Below are positions 1-9,800 of a stretch of 64,000 nucleotides of DNA, piece by piece. The DNA is taken from positions 106,869 through 170,868 of the forward strand of contig MHTJ01000003.1 in the NCBI GenBank assembly GCA_001823065.1, given 5' to 3'. Position 1 is the stretch's first letter. Each line of letters opens with the position of its first letter. A model generated the notes under the pieces. The model did not search any database, was not told where the DNA came from, and saw only the letters and a list, made by a program, of their open reading frames with translations. The translations under genes were made by a program, and so were the position numbers. The DNA comes from Candidatus Vogelbacteria bacterium RIFOXYD1_FULL_44_32. GTDB lineage: Bacteria > Patescibacteriota > Minisyncoccia > Phycocordibacterales > XYD1-FULL-46-19.

Positions 1-2
1 AT

Positions 3-587
3 ATCGGATCCGATAAGCGGATTACCGATGATGAGAAAAATTCACTTGAGAAATTACTCAATCACTTCAATCTCTCAAAGAGCGACATTGCGTTCAATCA
101 GGACAACTTTAATAAGTTCTACACGCTCGCGCTCGTGGACAAGGGCGTATTACCGACAATCGAGAACGGGCAGTCCGAGGTCAATATCGTATTCAAGGAG
201 GGCGAGGCACTACACTGGGCAGTTGCCGCAAGCCTTATGAAGCGAAAGAAAGTAACAACTCGTGTGAACTACGGAGGTCTGACTGGATCGGTAAAGATCA
301 TGAAAGGGGTGCGCTACCGTGTAGGTTCGATTGGTGTAAGCAGTGTATCCAAGGAAATCATGGATACCGAAGACTCCGGCGCATTCTACATCACCAACCA
401 GCGCATCGGCTATATCGGCTACCGCAAGCAATTCTCGTTTCCATTCAAGAAGATTGGGTCGCTCGAACTGCGTTCTGACGGCCTCCACATATTCAAGGAC
501 GGCAAGGAAGCGCCATATATCCTTGATTTACGAGACTATGAGGTTCCTCTCGCAATGATCTCTTCCATACTTAACAAAGCAACTTAG
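3..587 (+). CDS. hypothetical protein, 5'-truncated by window edge (phage-like GC-rich segment)
   Basis: The open frame runs from the window start (frame 3) to the stop at 587, so the listed 135..587 ORF extends upstream. No recognisable motif. Confidence 0.4.
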   Translation: MGSDKRITDDEKNSLEKLLNHFNLSKSDIAFNQDNFNKFYTLALVDKGVLPTIENGQSEVNIVFKEGEALHWAVAASLMKRKKVTTRVNYGGLTGSVKIMKGVRYRVGSIGVSSVSKEIMDTEDSGAFYITNQRIGYIGYRKQFSFPFKKIGSLELRSDGLHIFKDGKEAPYILDLRDYEVPLAMISSILNKAT

Positions 588-589
588 CC

Positions 590-2077
590 CTATCGCATCA
601 CCTTTTTAAACTCCTCTGTGTACTTTTCGATAATGTCGGCTTTTTCACCGTTCTCTTCAAGAATATAACGGAATCTCCCATCGGTGATATGGATGCCGTA
701 CCTGAAATCTTCGTCGCTATTCGTGTACACATGCTCGGTAGCCATGTCGGTGAGCTTGCCGAGTTCGTGATTGAGGATATTTATTTCGTCCTCGTATGAC
801 TCGACGAGCTTGTCGTACTCTTCGGTGAAGTTGGCATCAAACACATCCGATGCTTTTTTGCCGAGTGCTCTGAACTGGCAGAGGGTAGTGTAGTTTTCTA
901 CAGGTTTAGCGTACTTTTCTATGAAGAGCGCAAAATTCGAGAACGGCAGGATCATCTCTACCTGCTTTTTGTATTGCCGCACAAATTCAAGATTCTCCGT
1001 GCACATATACAAACTCTCGCCGGTGAGTATCTCTATGACCTTTGTCTCACCGAGGACAGTCATCTCCATATCCTGCCGCTTCAACTTACGCGCACTGAAG
1101 AGTCCTGCAAAATACTTTCGGGACTTTTCTAGTTCCGCATACCAAATGGCGAATAATTCCTTATGGCTTTTCTTGGTATCGCTGTTCCAGGTGTCGTGCC
1201 GATCGCTGTCAAAGATGGGAGCAAAGTCTCTTGTGAACAGTCCGTCGTCAAGCCATGAGCGCAGCGAATTGCGTGCAAGCGACACCATCGTTACGTCCTT
1301 TTCTTTTGCGTACGCTTCGATATCATCGAGTAGTTTTTCCTCATCCTTGTCCTTCCACACAATGCCCGCATCGTGAGCAACCCTGTGCATCACCTCCGCA
1401 AGTGGGAGTTCTGCATAGAAATCGCCGACCATGAAGCCGTCTCGTTCGGTGCCGCCGCGAATCTTCTTAATGCCTTCAAAGTAAAGGCGTGAGATGATGG
1501 TGTCTACGAGCGTATCCTTGTTCTTCGTACTGAACGTTCCGCTCCTAAGCATTTCGTAGAGGAGTACTTGCTCTTCAAGGTATCGCTTGCTGTGTCCAAC
1601 GGAGTCATCAAGGAGAGCAAGATCTTCTCGCACCTCGAGTGGCAGGTTCTCAAGGGTGAAGGTATGGAGGACGTAGTGGTATTCGAGATAGGTATGGGCG
1701 GTGGCGAAGCGGATACCTTCTTCCTCGGTAATACCCTGCATCATTTCATCGTTATGTATCCCTTTCATGCGCTTCATATCCGCAAGACAATATGCGAGCA
1801 CTCGCTGGTTGCGGACGGCTGACAGCTCCACGCGGTACGAGAACATTGTTGCATCCATCCGCATCGAACCCTCCAGACGAGCAATCTCAAGATAGCGGTT
1901 GTATTCGTTTGCTTCTCCCATCCGTGCCGCCCAGCCTTGAGTGAGAGTATGGAGTTCCGCATCCGAGAGCATGCTCTTGCCAGTTTTCTGTTTATGCTCG
2001 GTGTTGTGTACGAGTGCGGTCATCCGTTCAAGTGGGGTGAGGTTCGACCTCTTAATGATCTTGTTCAGATTTTTCAT
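590..2077 (-). CDS. hypothetical 495-aa protein in the phage-like segment (possibly a terminase-large or structural protein, unproven)
   Basis: Long ORF with GC higher than the rest of the window. It sits last in a co-directional small/small/large gene trio ahead of the methyltransferases. No canonical Walker A was seen. Confidence 0.5.
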   Translation of the reverse strand: MKNLNKIIKRSNLTPLERMTALVHNTEHKQKTGKSMLSDAELHTLTQGWAARMGEANEYNRYLEIARLEGSMRMDATMFSYRVELSAVRNQRVLAYCLADMKRMKGIHNDEMMQGITEEEGIRFATAHTYLEYHYVLHTFTLENLPLEVREDLALLDDSVGHSKRYLEEQVLLYEMLRSGTFSTKNKDTLVDTIISRLYFEGIKKIRGGTERDGFMVGDFYAELPLAEVMHRVAHDAGIVWKDKDEEKLLDDIEAYAKEKDVTMVSLARNSLRSWLDDGLFTRDFAPIFDSDRHDTWNSDTKKSHKELFAIWYAELEKSRKYFAGLFSARKLKRQDMEMTVLGETKVIEILTGESLYMCTENLEFVRQYKKQVEMILPFSNFALFIEKYAKPVENYTTLCQFRALGKKASDVFDANFTEEYDKLVESYEDEINILNHELGKLTDMATEHVYTNSDEDFRYGIHITDGRFRYILEENGEKADIIEKYTEEFKKVMR

Positions 2078-2078
2078 A

Positions 2079-2273
2079 TCATCGTGTTTTGCTCAGCATG
2101 CTCTCAAGGAACTCGACCCGTTCCTTAAGCTCCGTGTTGGCGATATTCCGCGACAACGTCGAAGCAAGCTTGGCGATCATAGATGCCTGCTTGTGCGATA
2201 TCTCTCTGTTCACCACCTTGCGGAGGGTGTCCGAGAGAATGTTGTTTATTTCTTCTAGATTGATGGGTTCCAT
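2079..2273 (-). CDS. small hypothetical protein (64 aa)
   Basis: ORF packed tightly between the flanking minus-strand genes (1-bp gaps). Confidence 0.3.
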   Translation of the reverse strand: MEPINLEEINNILSDTLRKVVNREISHKQASMIAKLASTLSRNIANTELKERVEFLESMLSKTR

Positions 2274-2274
2274 A

Positions 2275-2649
2275 TTAGTTATGCTCTACGATCTCAAACC
2301 ATGCTCTGACCTCATGCGCTCGACCGCTCTTGATGATGTTCTTGTAGAGGGCGAAGATGACGTTCGGTGTGAGCTTCCGCGCCCATGCGTTCAGATCATT
2401 GGTTAGTCCGTCTTTCTCAAGTCGTTTGTTCCAATCGGTAAGCGTGCCGGTATCGACATCGTACTTATTTGAGAAATCTAATTGCGTCTTTATGGAGAGC
2501 AACTCAAACATCGTTTCCTCCTCGATGCCGAATTTTTCAAGCGCAACTCTCGGCTGTCCCTTGAGGAACGAAGGAAGAGACTTCCAAAGAGCATAGGTTC
2601 CGTAGACCTGCTTTTTGTATGGATCCTTGGAAAAATCTTCTCCCTGCAT
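2275..2649 (-). CDS. hypothetical protein (124 aa), possibly a small terminase or DNA-binding protein
   Basis: Position upstream of the 495-aa ORF and its size. No firm motif. Confidence 0.35.
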   Translation of the reverse strand: MQGEDFSKDPYKKQVYGTYALWKSLPSFLKGQPRVALEKFGIEEETMFELLSIKTQLDFSNKYDVDTGTLTDWNKRLEKDGLTNDLNAWARKLTPNVIFALYKNIIKSGRAHEVRAWFEIVEHN

Positions 2650-2653
2650 ATGC

Positions 2654-3403
2654 TTATATTTTCACCGCTGTTGTGCCAGTGAGTTTTTCAAGTCGCTTGA
2701 TTGAGATTTCCACATACGTCTCATCAAGTTCAATACCGATACACTTTCGACCCAAGTGTTCACAGGCGACAGCCGTCGAACCGCTTCCGAGGAAGGGATC
2801 ATACACAACGTCACCGACCTTCGTTGAGTTCGGAATAATCTTTCGCAGAAGACCGACTGGCTTCTGTGTCGGGTGCAATTTCGACTTCGTAGGACGCGGA
2901 TGGCAGATGACGTTCCGCGCCTTCGACCGTTCCATCTTGTGCTTGCCGAACCAGCCGTAGGCGATCAGCTCATAAAGCGAGAGATAATCCTTCCTACTCA
3001 TAACAGGCTGATTCTTGAACCATATGATCATTTGGCTGTAGTAGAAGCCTGCGGACTTCATGCCCGCGCGAAGACTCGGGAACATCGGGTCGGCATTGAA
3101 GATGTAGACCGCATTGTATTCGGCGAGATACGGAATGACCGCCCCGAGGTAGCCACGGGTGAAGTCCTCGTATTTCTCCTCGCTCTGGAGGTGGTCATTG
3201 GTGATTGCCTTATCTTCGTCTGCACTCAGTTTCAGGAAGCCTTTCTTGTTTTCGACATACGCAACTCCATAGGGCGGGTCAGTGACGACCGCGCGAATCT
3301 TGTGCTTGCCGATAACCTTCCCGACATACGCCCTGTCGAGCGAGTCGCCGCAGGCGATGATATGGTCGCCAACCTTAAAAATATCTCCTTTATTTACTTT
3401 CAT
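2654..3403 (-). CDS. DNA methyltransferase (N6-adenine/N4-cytosine, beta-class)
   Basis: DPPYG motif near the N-terminus and FLGSGST (FxGxG AdoMet motif) near the C-terminus, which is the beta-class order. The start is trimmed to the internal Met (MKVNKGD) at 3403 to avoid overlapping the upstream gene. Confidence 0.8.
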   Translation of the reverse strand: MKVNKGDIFKVGDHIIACGDSLDRAYVGKVIGKHKIRAVVTDPPYGVAYVENKKGFLKLSADEDKAITNDHLQSEEKYEDFTRGYLGAVIPYLAEYNAVYIFNADPMFPSLRAGMKSAGFYYSQMIIWFKNQPVMSRKDYLSLYELIAYGWFGKHKMERSKARNVICHPRPTKSKLHPTQKPVGLLRKIIPNSTKVGDVVYDPFLGSGSTAVACEHLGRKCIGIELDETYVEISIKRLEKLTGTTAVKI

Positions 3404-4685
3404 ATATTCTCTTCGCCTTAAGGTTGGTAAATTTCTCCCATCGGTCGATAACGATGGTCGCGAAGATGAGGTCCCTCTCGACACCTCGCCATGCACGATT
3501 AAGTTCCTCGCACGCAATCAGGTCGCTCCCGCTTCCTGCGAATCCACTGAACACAATGTGGAGAGGTGCACTGCATCTCTTGAACGGTTTCTCGTTTAAG
3601 GTCACAGGCTTTTGAGTGGGATGCTGGTATGACTGCGCGTTGTCCCTTTTCTCGATCCAAATATCTATCATGTCGAGTATCTCGTCATGCACTTGATTGC
3701 CGGTGGTCACCTCCTGATTAAGGATTTCGTTGATGTTGTTCATCCCCGTATTGAGGTACGGCTTTCCGATCGTTCCGTACACGCACGGCTCGTACACCTT
3801 GTTGAAGGCGATCTTGTGCGTGGGGTTCTGGTTGTTCTTAAGCCACAGACAGACACGCTTCGCGTTCACTTTGTGCTTTGCGTACAATGCCTGCACCATT
3901 CCGATGTATGAGGAATCACACCAGTAGAAGAGGTGAGCGTCTTTTTTAGCGGCACCTTTCGCCACCTCCATGCTCTTGTCCAAGAAGTCCATGTAGTCGC
4001 TGTCCTTCTTGGAGTCGTCCTTGCCAGAATATGAGCCTTGGTACTTTTCCTTGTTGCCAACACCTTTGGAATAGTCGAGTCCGATGTTGTATGGAGGGTC
4101 GCAGTACACGATGTCCGCAAGGTCGCCAGCCATGAGCTTCTGTACCAGCTCGGTATCGGTCGAGTCGCCAACAAGGAGACGGTGCTTACCGAGTTCCCAG
4201 ATCTCTCCCGACTTTACTTTCGGAGTGATTGTCTCCTTGAGTGCCTTCTCGACATTGAAGTCGTCATCAACTACATCGACATCATCGAATAGGCTCTGAA
4301 GTTCCTCGTCACCGAAGCCGACATCAAGAAGCACGCTCATATCGAACTCCTTGAGAAGCTCCTCGTTCCAAGAGCCGGTGTTCTTGTTGAGGCGAAGATT
4401 GAGTTCTCGCTCTTCTTCGAGTGAAAGCTCACGCGAAGGTACCATGCATTCGACATCCTCGATGCTTAAATCTGCGTATACCTTGATACGCTGTTCGCCG
4501 CCGATAATGATGTTGGCTCTGGAGCCAATGTTGAGGACAATAGGAACGACCGTCCCAAATTCCGTCACAGATTTCTCCAAGTCCCTGCGTTCGTTCTCGC
4601 TTAGCTTGCGCGGATTGTATCCGTTCTTGATCAAGTCGCCGAGCTTGCGAGTGGTGGGCGACCATGTGATCTTTTCTTTTGCCAT
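3390..4685 (-). CDS. ParB-like nuclease domain fused to a DNA methyltransferase (phage/plasmid-type)
   Basis: The N-terminus has ParB/Sulfiredoxin-like features. The central part has DPPYN and the C-terminal part has FSGFAGSGS (FxGxG). This architecture is typical of phage ParB-MTases. Confidence 0.8.
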   Translation of the reverse strand: MAKEKITWSPTTRKLGDLIKNGYNPRKLSENERRDLEKSVTEFGTVVPIVLNIGSRANIIIGGEQRIKVYADLSIEDVECMVPSRELSLEEERELNLRLNKNTGSWNEELLKEFDMSVLLDVGFGDEELQSLFDDVDVVDDDFNVEKALKETITPKVKSGEIWELGKHRLLVGDSTDTELVQKLMAGDLADIVYCDPPYNIGLDYSKGVGNKEKYQGSYSGKDDSKKDSDYMDFLDKSMEVAKGAAKKDAHLFYWCDSSYIGMVQALYAKHKVNAKRVCLWLKNNQNPTHKIAFNKVYEPCVYGTIGKPYLNTGMNNINEILNQEVTTGNQVHDEILDMIDIWIEKRDNAQSYQHPTQKPVTLNEKPFKRCSAPLHIVFSGFAGSGSDLIACEELNRAWRGVERDLIFATIVIDRWEKFTNLKAKRIYESK

Positions 4686-4801
4686 GGGTTAATTTCAGAA
4701 GAGGGTCTTATTAATGCTCTCCTAACCCTAATCGTCATTTAGGGATCAAATGACAATTTCGTGCCGACACAGGAAGATAAATGACAAAAATTTCCATCAA
4801 A

Positions 4802-4836
4802 CAAAAGACCTTTTGCCAAAGTGGCAAAAGGTCTTT
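4802..4836 (-). terminator. rho-independent terminator (perfect 14-bp stem) downstream of the 4861..5613 gene
   Basis: aaagaccttttgcc-aaagt-ggcaaaaggtcttt, followed by a T-run on the minus strand. Confidence 0.6.
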
Positions 4837-4860
4837 ACATCGTCATCCCAGACAGAATGA

Positions 4861-5613
4861 CTATCGATCTCCTCGAATGACAAAGAGTGTCATGTACCCA
4901 TCGCGACGAGTGTATCGAGGAATAGGGCTGGTCGTCATGCCGAAGAACCGCTTGAGTCTCCCATTGAGTTCGTATTTGATGTTGCGGTGCATGCGACCAT
5001 CCCAGTGTTCTTTGGTTAGATATCCTCGGTGATCCGCAATTGACTTAAGTAATTGCCATTTCCTGTCCGGCTGAACATTTCTAGTATCCATAAAGCCCAT
5101 GTCCTTGAAATCAAACTTCTTTGACTCCATGTCCGGGTACGAGACGCGGACGAAATGCCCATCAATGAACTGTATTTCGAGCGACTCCCATTTTGCGTTG
5201 CCAGGAAGAATATATGAGGCGGTTATATATTCACGCTCCTGTTCCTGTTTTGCTGGTGCGATAGCAAGAACTTCTGGGTTCACGATCCGTACTTCCTGAA
5301 CCGGTCGAGTGAACTCAGGCAAAGTGAATTCACCATCCTCGTCGTACATATATGATGGTATAAACGATCTCGAGGGAAGTTGTATTTTGCTGAGAGCTTC
5401 CATCTGCGGCCGTACAGATTCGGCTACTGAGTAGATACGCTTGATCGGTGCCTGCATAGATTCAGCCATCTCGGACACTCTCTTCATTGGCTCTCGCATA
5501 GTATCGAAGACTCTTTGATATACCTCAGCAATCTTTTTCAACTCAGGCGGAATCTCCTCAGGGTTGTACCCATCCTTGATTGCTGTTTGATATACCAATT
5601 CGCCGACTGTCAT
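4861..5613 (-). CDS. hypothetical protein (250 aa)
   Basis: ORF only. Tandem TTGGCATTTG repeats lie just upstream. Confidence 0.45.
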   Translation of the reverse strand: MTVGELVYQTAIKDGYNPEEIPPELKKIAEVYQRVFDTMREPMKRVSEMAESMQAPIKRIYSVAESVRPQMEALSKIQLPSRSFIPSYMYDEDGEFTLPEFTRPVQEVRIVNPEVLAIAPAKQEQEREYITASYILPGNAKWESLEIQFIDGHFVRVSYPDMESKKFDFKDMGFMDTRNVQPDRKWQLLKSIADHRGYLTKEHWDGRMHRNIKYELNGRLKRFFGMTTSPIPRYTRRDGYMTLFVIRGDR

Positions 5614-5635
5614 GCTTTATATTATATCTCAAAAA

Positions 5636-5655
5636 TTGGCATTTGTTGGCATTTG
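5636..5655. promoter_or_regulatory. tandem direct repeat TTGGCATTTG x2 (candidate operator) upstream of the 4861..5613 gene
   Basis: Exact 10-bp tandem duplication about 20 bp upstream of the start codon on the minus strand. Confidence 0.4.
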
Positions 5656-5892
5656 GTTTCCACAACAGAGAACGAAAGTGGCAGGAAGTCCAGACCAGCG
5701 ATAGGTAGACAGATGTTTTATGTCCAATTCGTCTCATTCTCAAAAAAGAGACCCCGACCCACAAACCCTAAAGTCTCAATGGAAAAGTTGCTCAAAAACC
5801 CTTACACTGCCTTATGTCACGGGTACCATACCCGAGTACACCGCAAAATAAGAAAACCAAAGCAGAGCTTTGGTCGACTATATTTTGCGATG

Positions 5893-6016
5893 AGGCGGAG
5901 GGATTTGAAAGCCGCAGGCGCGAAGCCGACCGCAGTAGCGGTCGTTGCCGAGGCAGGGTCGTGAAAATTTTGTTTTGACGAAAACAAAATTATTCCTGAT
6001 CAAATCCCTCCGCCTC
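5893..6016. repeat. nested inverted repeats: 17-bp IR (gaggcggagggatttga / tcaaatccctccgcctc) enclosing an 11-bp IR (aattttgtttt / aaaacaaaatt)
   Basis: Read directly from the sequence. The structure sits at the boundary between the GC-rich phage-like segment and the host-like genes. Confidence 0.6.
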
Positions 6017-6058
6017 AATGATTTCTACCGTACTTAAACTAGTTATAAATTAAAAAAA

Positions 6059-6811
6059 ATGACCACCCAAAAATTTTCCTCTACTGGCAACTTTGGTAAA
6101 TTGGCTGATCAATATAAAGTCGGTCGTAAAGGGGTCCCCGAAGAAGTACTGGATTATCTATGGTCCCATATTAAAAAATCAAAGCCGATGATTCTGGATG
6201 TTGGTTGTGGGACTGGCTTACCCAGTCGACAGCTCGCTGGGCGTGGTGCACTGGTGACGGGAACAGATATTTCTCCGGAAATGATTAGAGCGGCGAAAGA
6301 GAACAGCCAGGAAAATATCTCTTATCTTGTAGCTTCCACTCAAGCTCTACCTTTTCCCGATGAATCATTTGATATTGTTACTTCTTTTAGTGCTTTTCAT
6401 TGGTTTACTGATACCAAGTCTACAAAGGAGATGAAGTGGGTACTAAAACCTGGTGGCCCGATTTTTATTGTAAATAAAAATGATATCGGAGATTTTAGTC
6501 AGGGCTATCGATCTATTTTCCGCCAATATATGACCGAGGATCTCCCTCGTATTAAAAATGGATATAGCCCTGATCAAATCCTCCAAGAAGCGGGTTTTGG
6601 TGATATAAAAAGGACAGTATTTCCGGTGTCTGAATTTTTTACCATAGAGCAAGTTATGGATTACTTTCAGTCGGTAAGTGGTTGGAACTTAGTTCCGCCA
6701 GAGTCTAAGAAAGAAGCCCTCGAGTTACTAAAGGAATATGCGCATGGAAGAGCGGAAAATGGAGTAGTAGAAAGAAAATTGGAGATTATAACTCAACTTG
6801 GATTCAGATAG
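6059..6811 (+). CDS. class I SAM-dependent methyltransferase
   Basis: ILDVGCGTG motif I plus downstream acidic and aromatic motifs. Confidence 0.75.
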   Translation: MTTQKFSSTGNFGKLADQYKVGRKGVPEEVLDYLWSHIKKSKPMILDVGCGTGLPSRQLAGRGALVTGTDISPEMIRAAKENSQENISYLVASTQALPFPDESFDIVTSFSAFHWFTDTKSTKEMKWVLKPGGPIFIVNKNDIGDFSQGYRSIFRQYMTEDLPRIKNGYSPDQILQEAGFGDIKRTVFPVSEFFTIEQVMDYFQSVSGWNLVPPESKKEALELLKEYAHGRAENGVVERKLEIITQLGFR

Positions 6812-6889
6812 CTGGTCGAACCACCTCGCCCTATGGTGTATAATCTTTGAATGACTACTGATAATATTTGGGCAATTTTTTAATATATT

Positions 6890-9800
6890 ATGAGCTCCGA
6901 AAAGGTGAAGGTTGATTCAAATGCCGATGAGCATGAGCCCACCAAAGAGGGTGAACTTTTTCTTGAGACTGAAAACCAAGACAGGGACAAAATTGTCTTC
7001 AATCAAAAAAAGGACAGAGAGCAAGAAGAGCAAGAGGAGCGCTTGCAATATTTGGCCGATCAAGCCGAAGAAGATTTTCATCAGCTAAAACTCCAAGATA
7101 TAAAAGACAAGCTGTTAAAAAAAGAAGAACCACTACCTGATATTGTAAAAGTCCCCAATCTACAGTCAGTAAGGCAAGAACAAAAAACGGCCAAGAAAAG
7201 TTTTCAACAAAAAATCAAGGACAAAATGGTTGATACTGTGCTTGGCAAAGACTATCGCAAAGAGTCAGCCTGGATTTATTATCTGGAAAAGAATATTCCG
7301 GTTAAAAAGTATATTAGGGAATCTATTGCTGTCAGCGACGGTGGCGCGGAGGCGGTTATTGCTAAACATCAGGCAGAGGAATACGAAGTCACCGATGATT
7401 ACGTTATCCATATGGGTGAGGAGCCGACCCGCGAGATTTCCTTTGCCAAAGAGATGCCATATGTTATGGCTAAACCACAAAATGAGTTTGACCGGGGCGA
7501 CCAAGATAAATTGAGATCGTACTTACATCTGCGCCACGATCCAGTAGAAGTGACCGAATTGTTGAAGCTAGCGGGGCGAGAGGTTTTTGCAAACAATTTT
7601 GTAGAACATAATTACTATTTTGGCAAAACAATGCGGGAACTTATTGATACCCCACATATTGTGGAGGTACTCCAATGGCTTATTCAGGTGGGGGTTACGT
7701 TTGACTATATTTATGACAGCTATTTAGAAAAACTTTGTTCTTCACCGTATGTAGAAAAGCTGACACCACAGCTCGCGTCAGCCGTCAGGGCTACCGTAGG
7801 TGGGGAGACCAAACATCTTATGTATATGCTCCCGGACTGTCTTGACCGGAACATTTTTGAGGGTGAACATGCGGGCGAGGATTTTCAAATTATCCGTAAA
7901 TTTGGGTTTGAACTTTTTGACAAGTTAGACGAAGTCGGTTTGTTGGGGGAAGCCAGAAAATTGGTGGGACAAGGGATATTTAAGATTGAGAAATTATTTG
8001 ATGAATTTAAGAGTAAAAATTTTTCTGGTAATAATGACTCACAAGCTCGACTGGAAACCTTTGCGAACATTATTAATTCATCTGCGCTACAGTCTCTGGA
8101 AAAAGATGAAGGTGCGATGGCTATAGCTAAAAAACTTCACCGCTTGGTAGGGATACAAATTGAACCAACGGATCCCGATTTGGAAAAACTAAAAATATTG
8201 GAGACAGACCCTACGGCCATGGCGGTGGCCGGTGTTTTAAATAGACTATCTGGGGCAGACCACTTTTTTGGTGATCTTGATGATTTTGTCAAAATTATGG
8301 GTGATAAAAGAGCGGTTGAGTCTTTGTGCGACGAAAAGGCTATTGATTTTGTAAGCAGGTTTATTAAGCAGTACCACTATCGCTTGGGACTGTCCGACTT
8401 TACCCCTCCTTATAGTATTTTCGATATTCCAAATCAGTTAGACCAAGAAAAATTACTGGCGGCCGACACAGTGGCTTTATATGAGAAACTTCATACTTTG
8501 GGCTACAACCTAAATTTGTGCAAGTTGGATGTTTTTATGGGTATGGTAGAAAACAAAGATCAGTGGCAAGAAATTCTGGCCGATGATATTTATACTGAGC
8601 TATTGCGCTCGATTCTAAAAAAATCCAGTCTTGAGGACATCAAGGACGTTCTTCTGATAGAGCAGGTGGAGGCCAAGCTCTTGAACCAATTATCTACCGC
8701 CTTTGATTATTCAATAAACGAAGATTATGCCAAGTCGGACCGCTCCTATGTGACCGCTCTTCTTTCTCACCCAGAACAGATAGAGGCTTTGTTTGAGCCA
8801 CAGCGAATCGCCCTGATCAAGCACTTAAACAGACGGACGAGGGGTTTTGGTTATTATGTGGGCGGTTTCCACTTGAGGGAGCTTAATAGCTATATGAAAA
8901 TTCCGCTTGAAACTTTACGGATTTTTGAGCTTTTCGATAAGACAGACGGAAATACGGTTGGTTCTAGTGAAATTGACCTAATAAAACAGCTAGTTGGTTA
9001 TAAAAACGAAGAAATATTAAAGGCGGTTTCAATATTGGAAAATTTATTACTAGTAGAAAAAAGTAACGGACCGTCATCTGGGTCAGAAAAATTTAAATTT
9101 CGACTTGAATCAGATAGTCTGCGAACCGTGCTTGAAGTATTGCAAAATGGTTTTACCGTTACTGATTTGCAAAAATTACAAGATTTCTGGCTCAAGAAAT
9201 ATGGCGACAGTTACGGGCGGCATTATACGCTGGAAGACAAGCAAGTAAAAGCCAGTAGGGATATTTTGCAATATTTACCACAATTGGTGGCCTTTGAAAA
9301 AGATGAAGCTAATCTGGAGGCTATTTATCAAGAAATTTCCGAGTATCTTGGCTCATTTCGAGGGGATCTTGACCTTTTTACGGTAGATAAGATAGTCAAA
9401 ATCCGTGACATCGGACTACTGGAGGTGTTTCGAAAAATAAAAGATGACCAACGGGTTGTTCAATTTGTTTACGCTAATGTAGATAAGTACTCAGAGATCC
9501 CCCCAGAAAAGATTGAAGACTATATTTCGGTTATCATCAAAATTAACCAGTCACCGTCTCAAGAAATTCAACGATTGAAAAATAGTTTGATGGGAGAAAT
9601 TATGGCGACCAGTGACCCAGTGGCGGCCTATGACAAAATTGAACAAGTTTTTGTCAAAAATAATCTTCCACTGGTCGGTAAGGTATATAAAATATTTGAG
9701 ATTATCCACCCGGCGGCGGTACTGGCTCAGCAAGTTAAAAAATGCCCCAGCCCAGAACTAAAAAAGAAGAGAGGCCGGGCGGTGCAGGCGACATTTCTTA

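Noticed and set aside
590-2077. Calling the 495-aa phage-region protein a large terminase
   Set aside because: No canonical Walker A/B or nuclease motifs could be identified by eye. Only gene order suggests it, so it is left as hypothetical.
2654-3517. Longest-ORF start for the DPPY methyltransferase at 3517
   Set aside because: That start would overlap the upstream ParB-MTase gene by 128 bp. An in-frame ATG at 3403 (MKVNKGD) gives a sensible N-terminus and only a minimal overlap.
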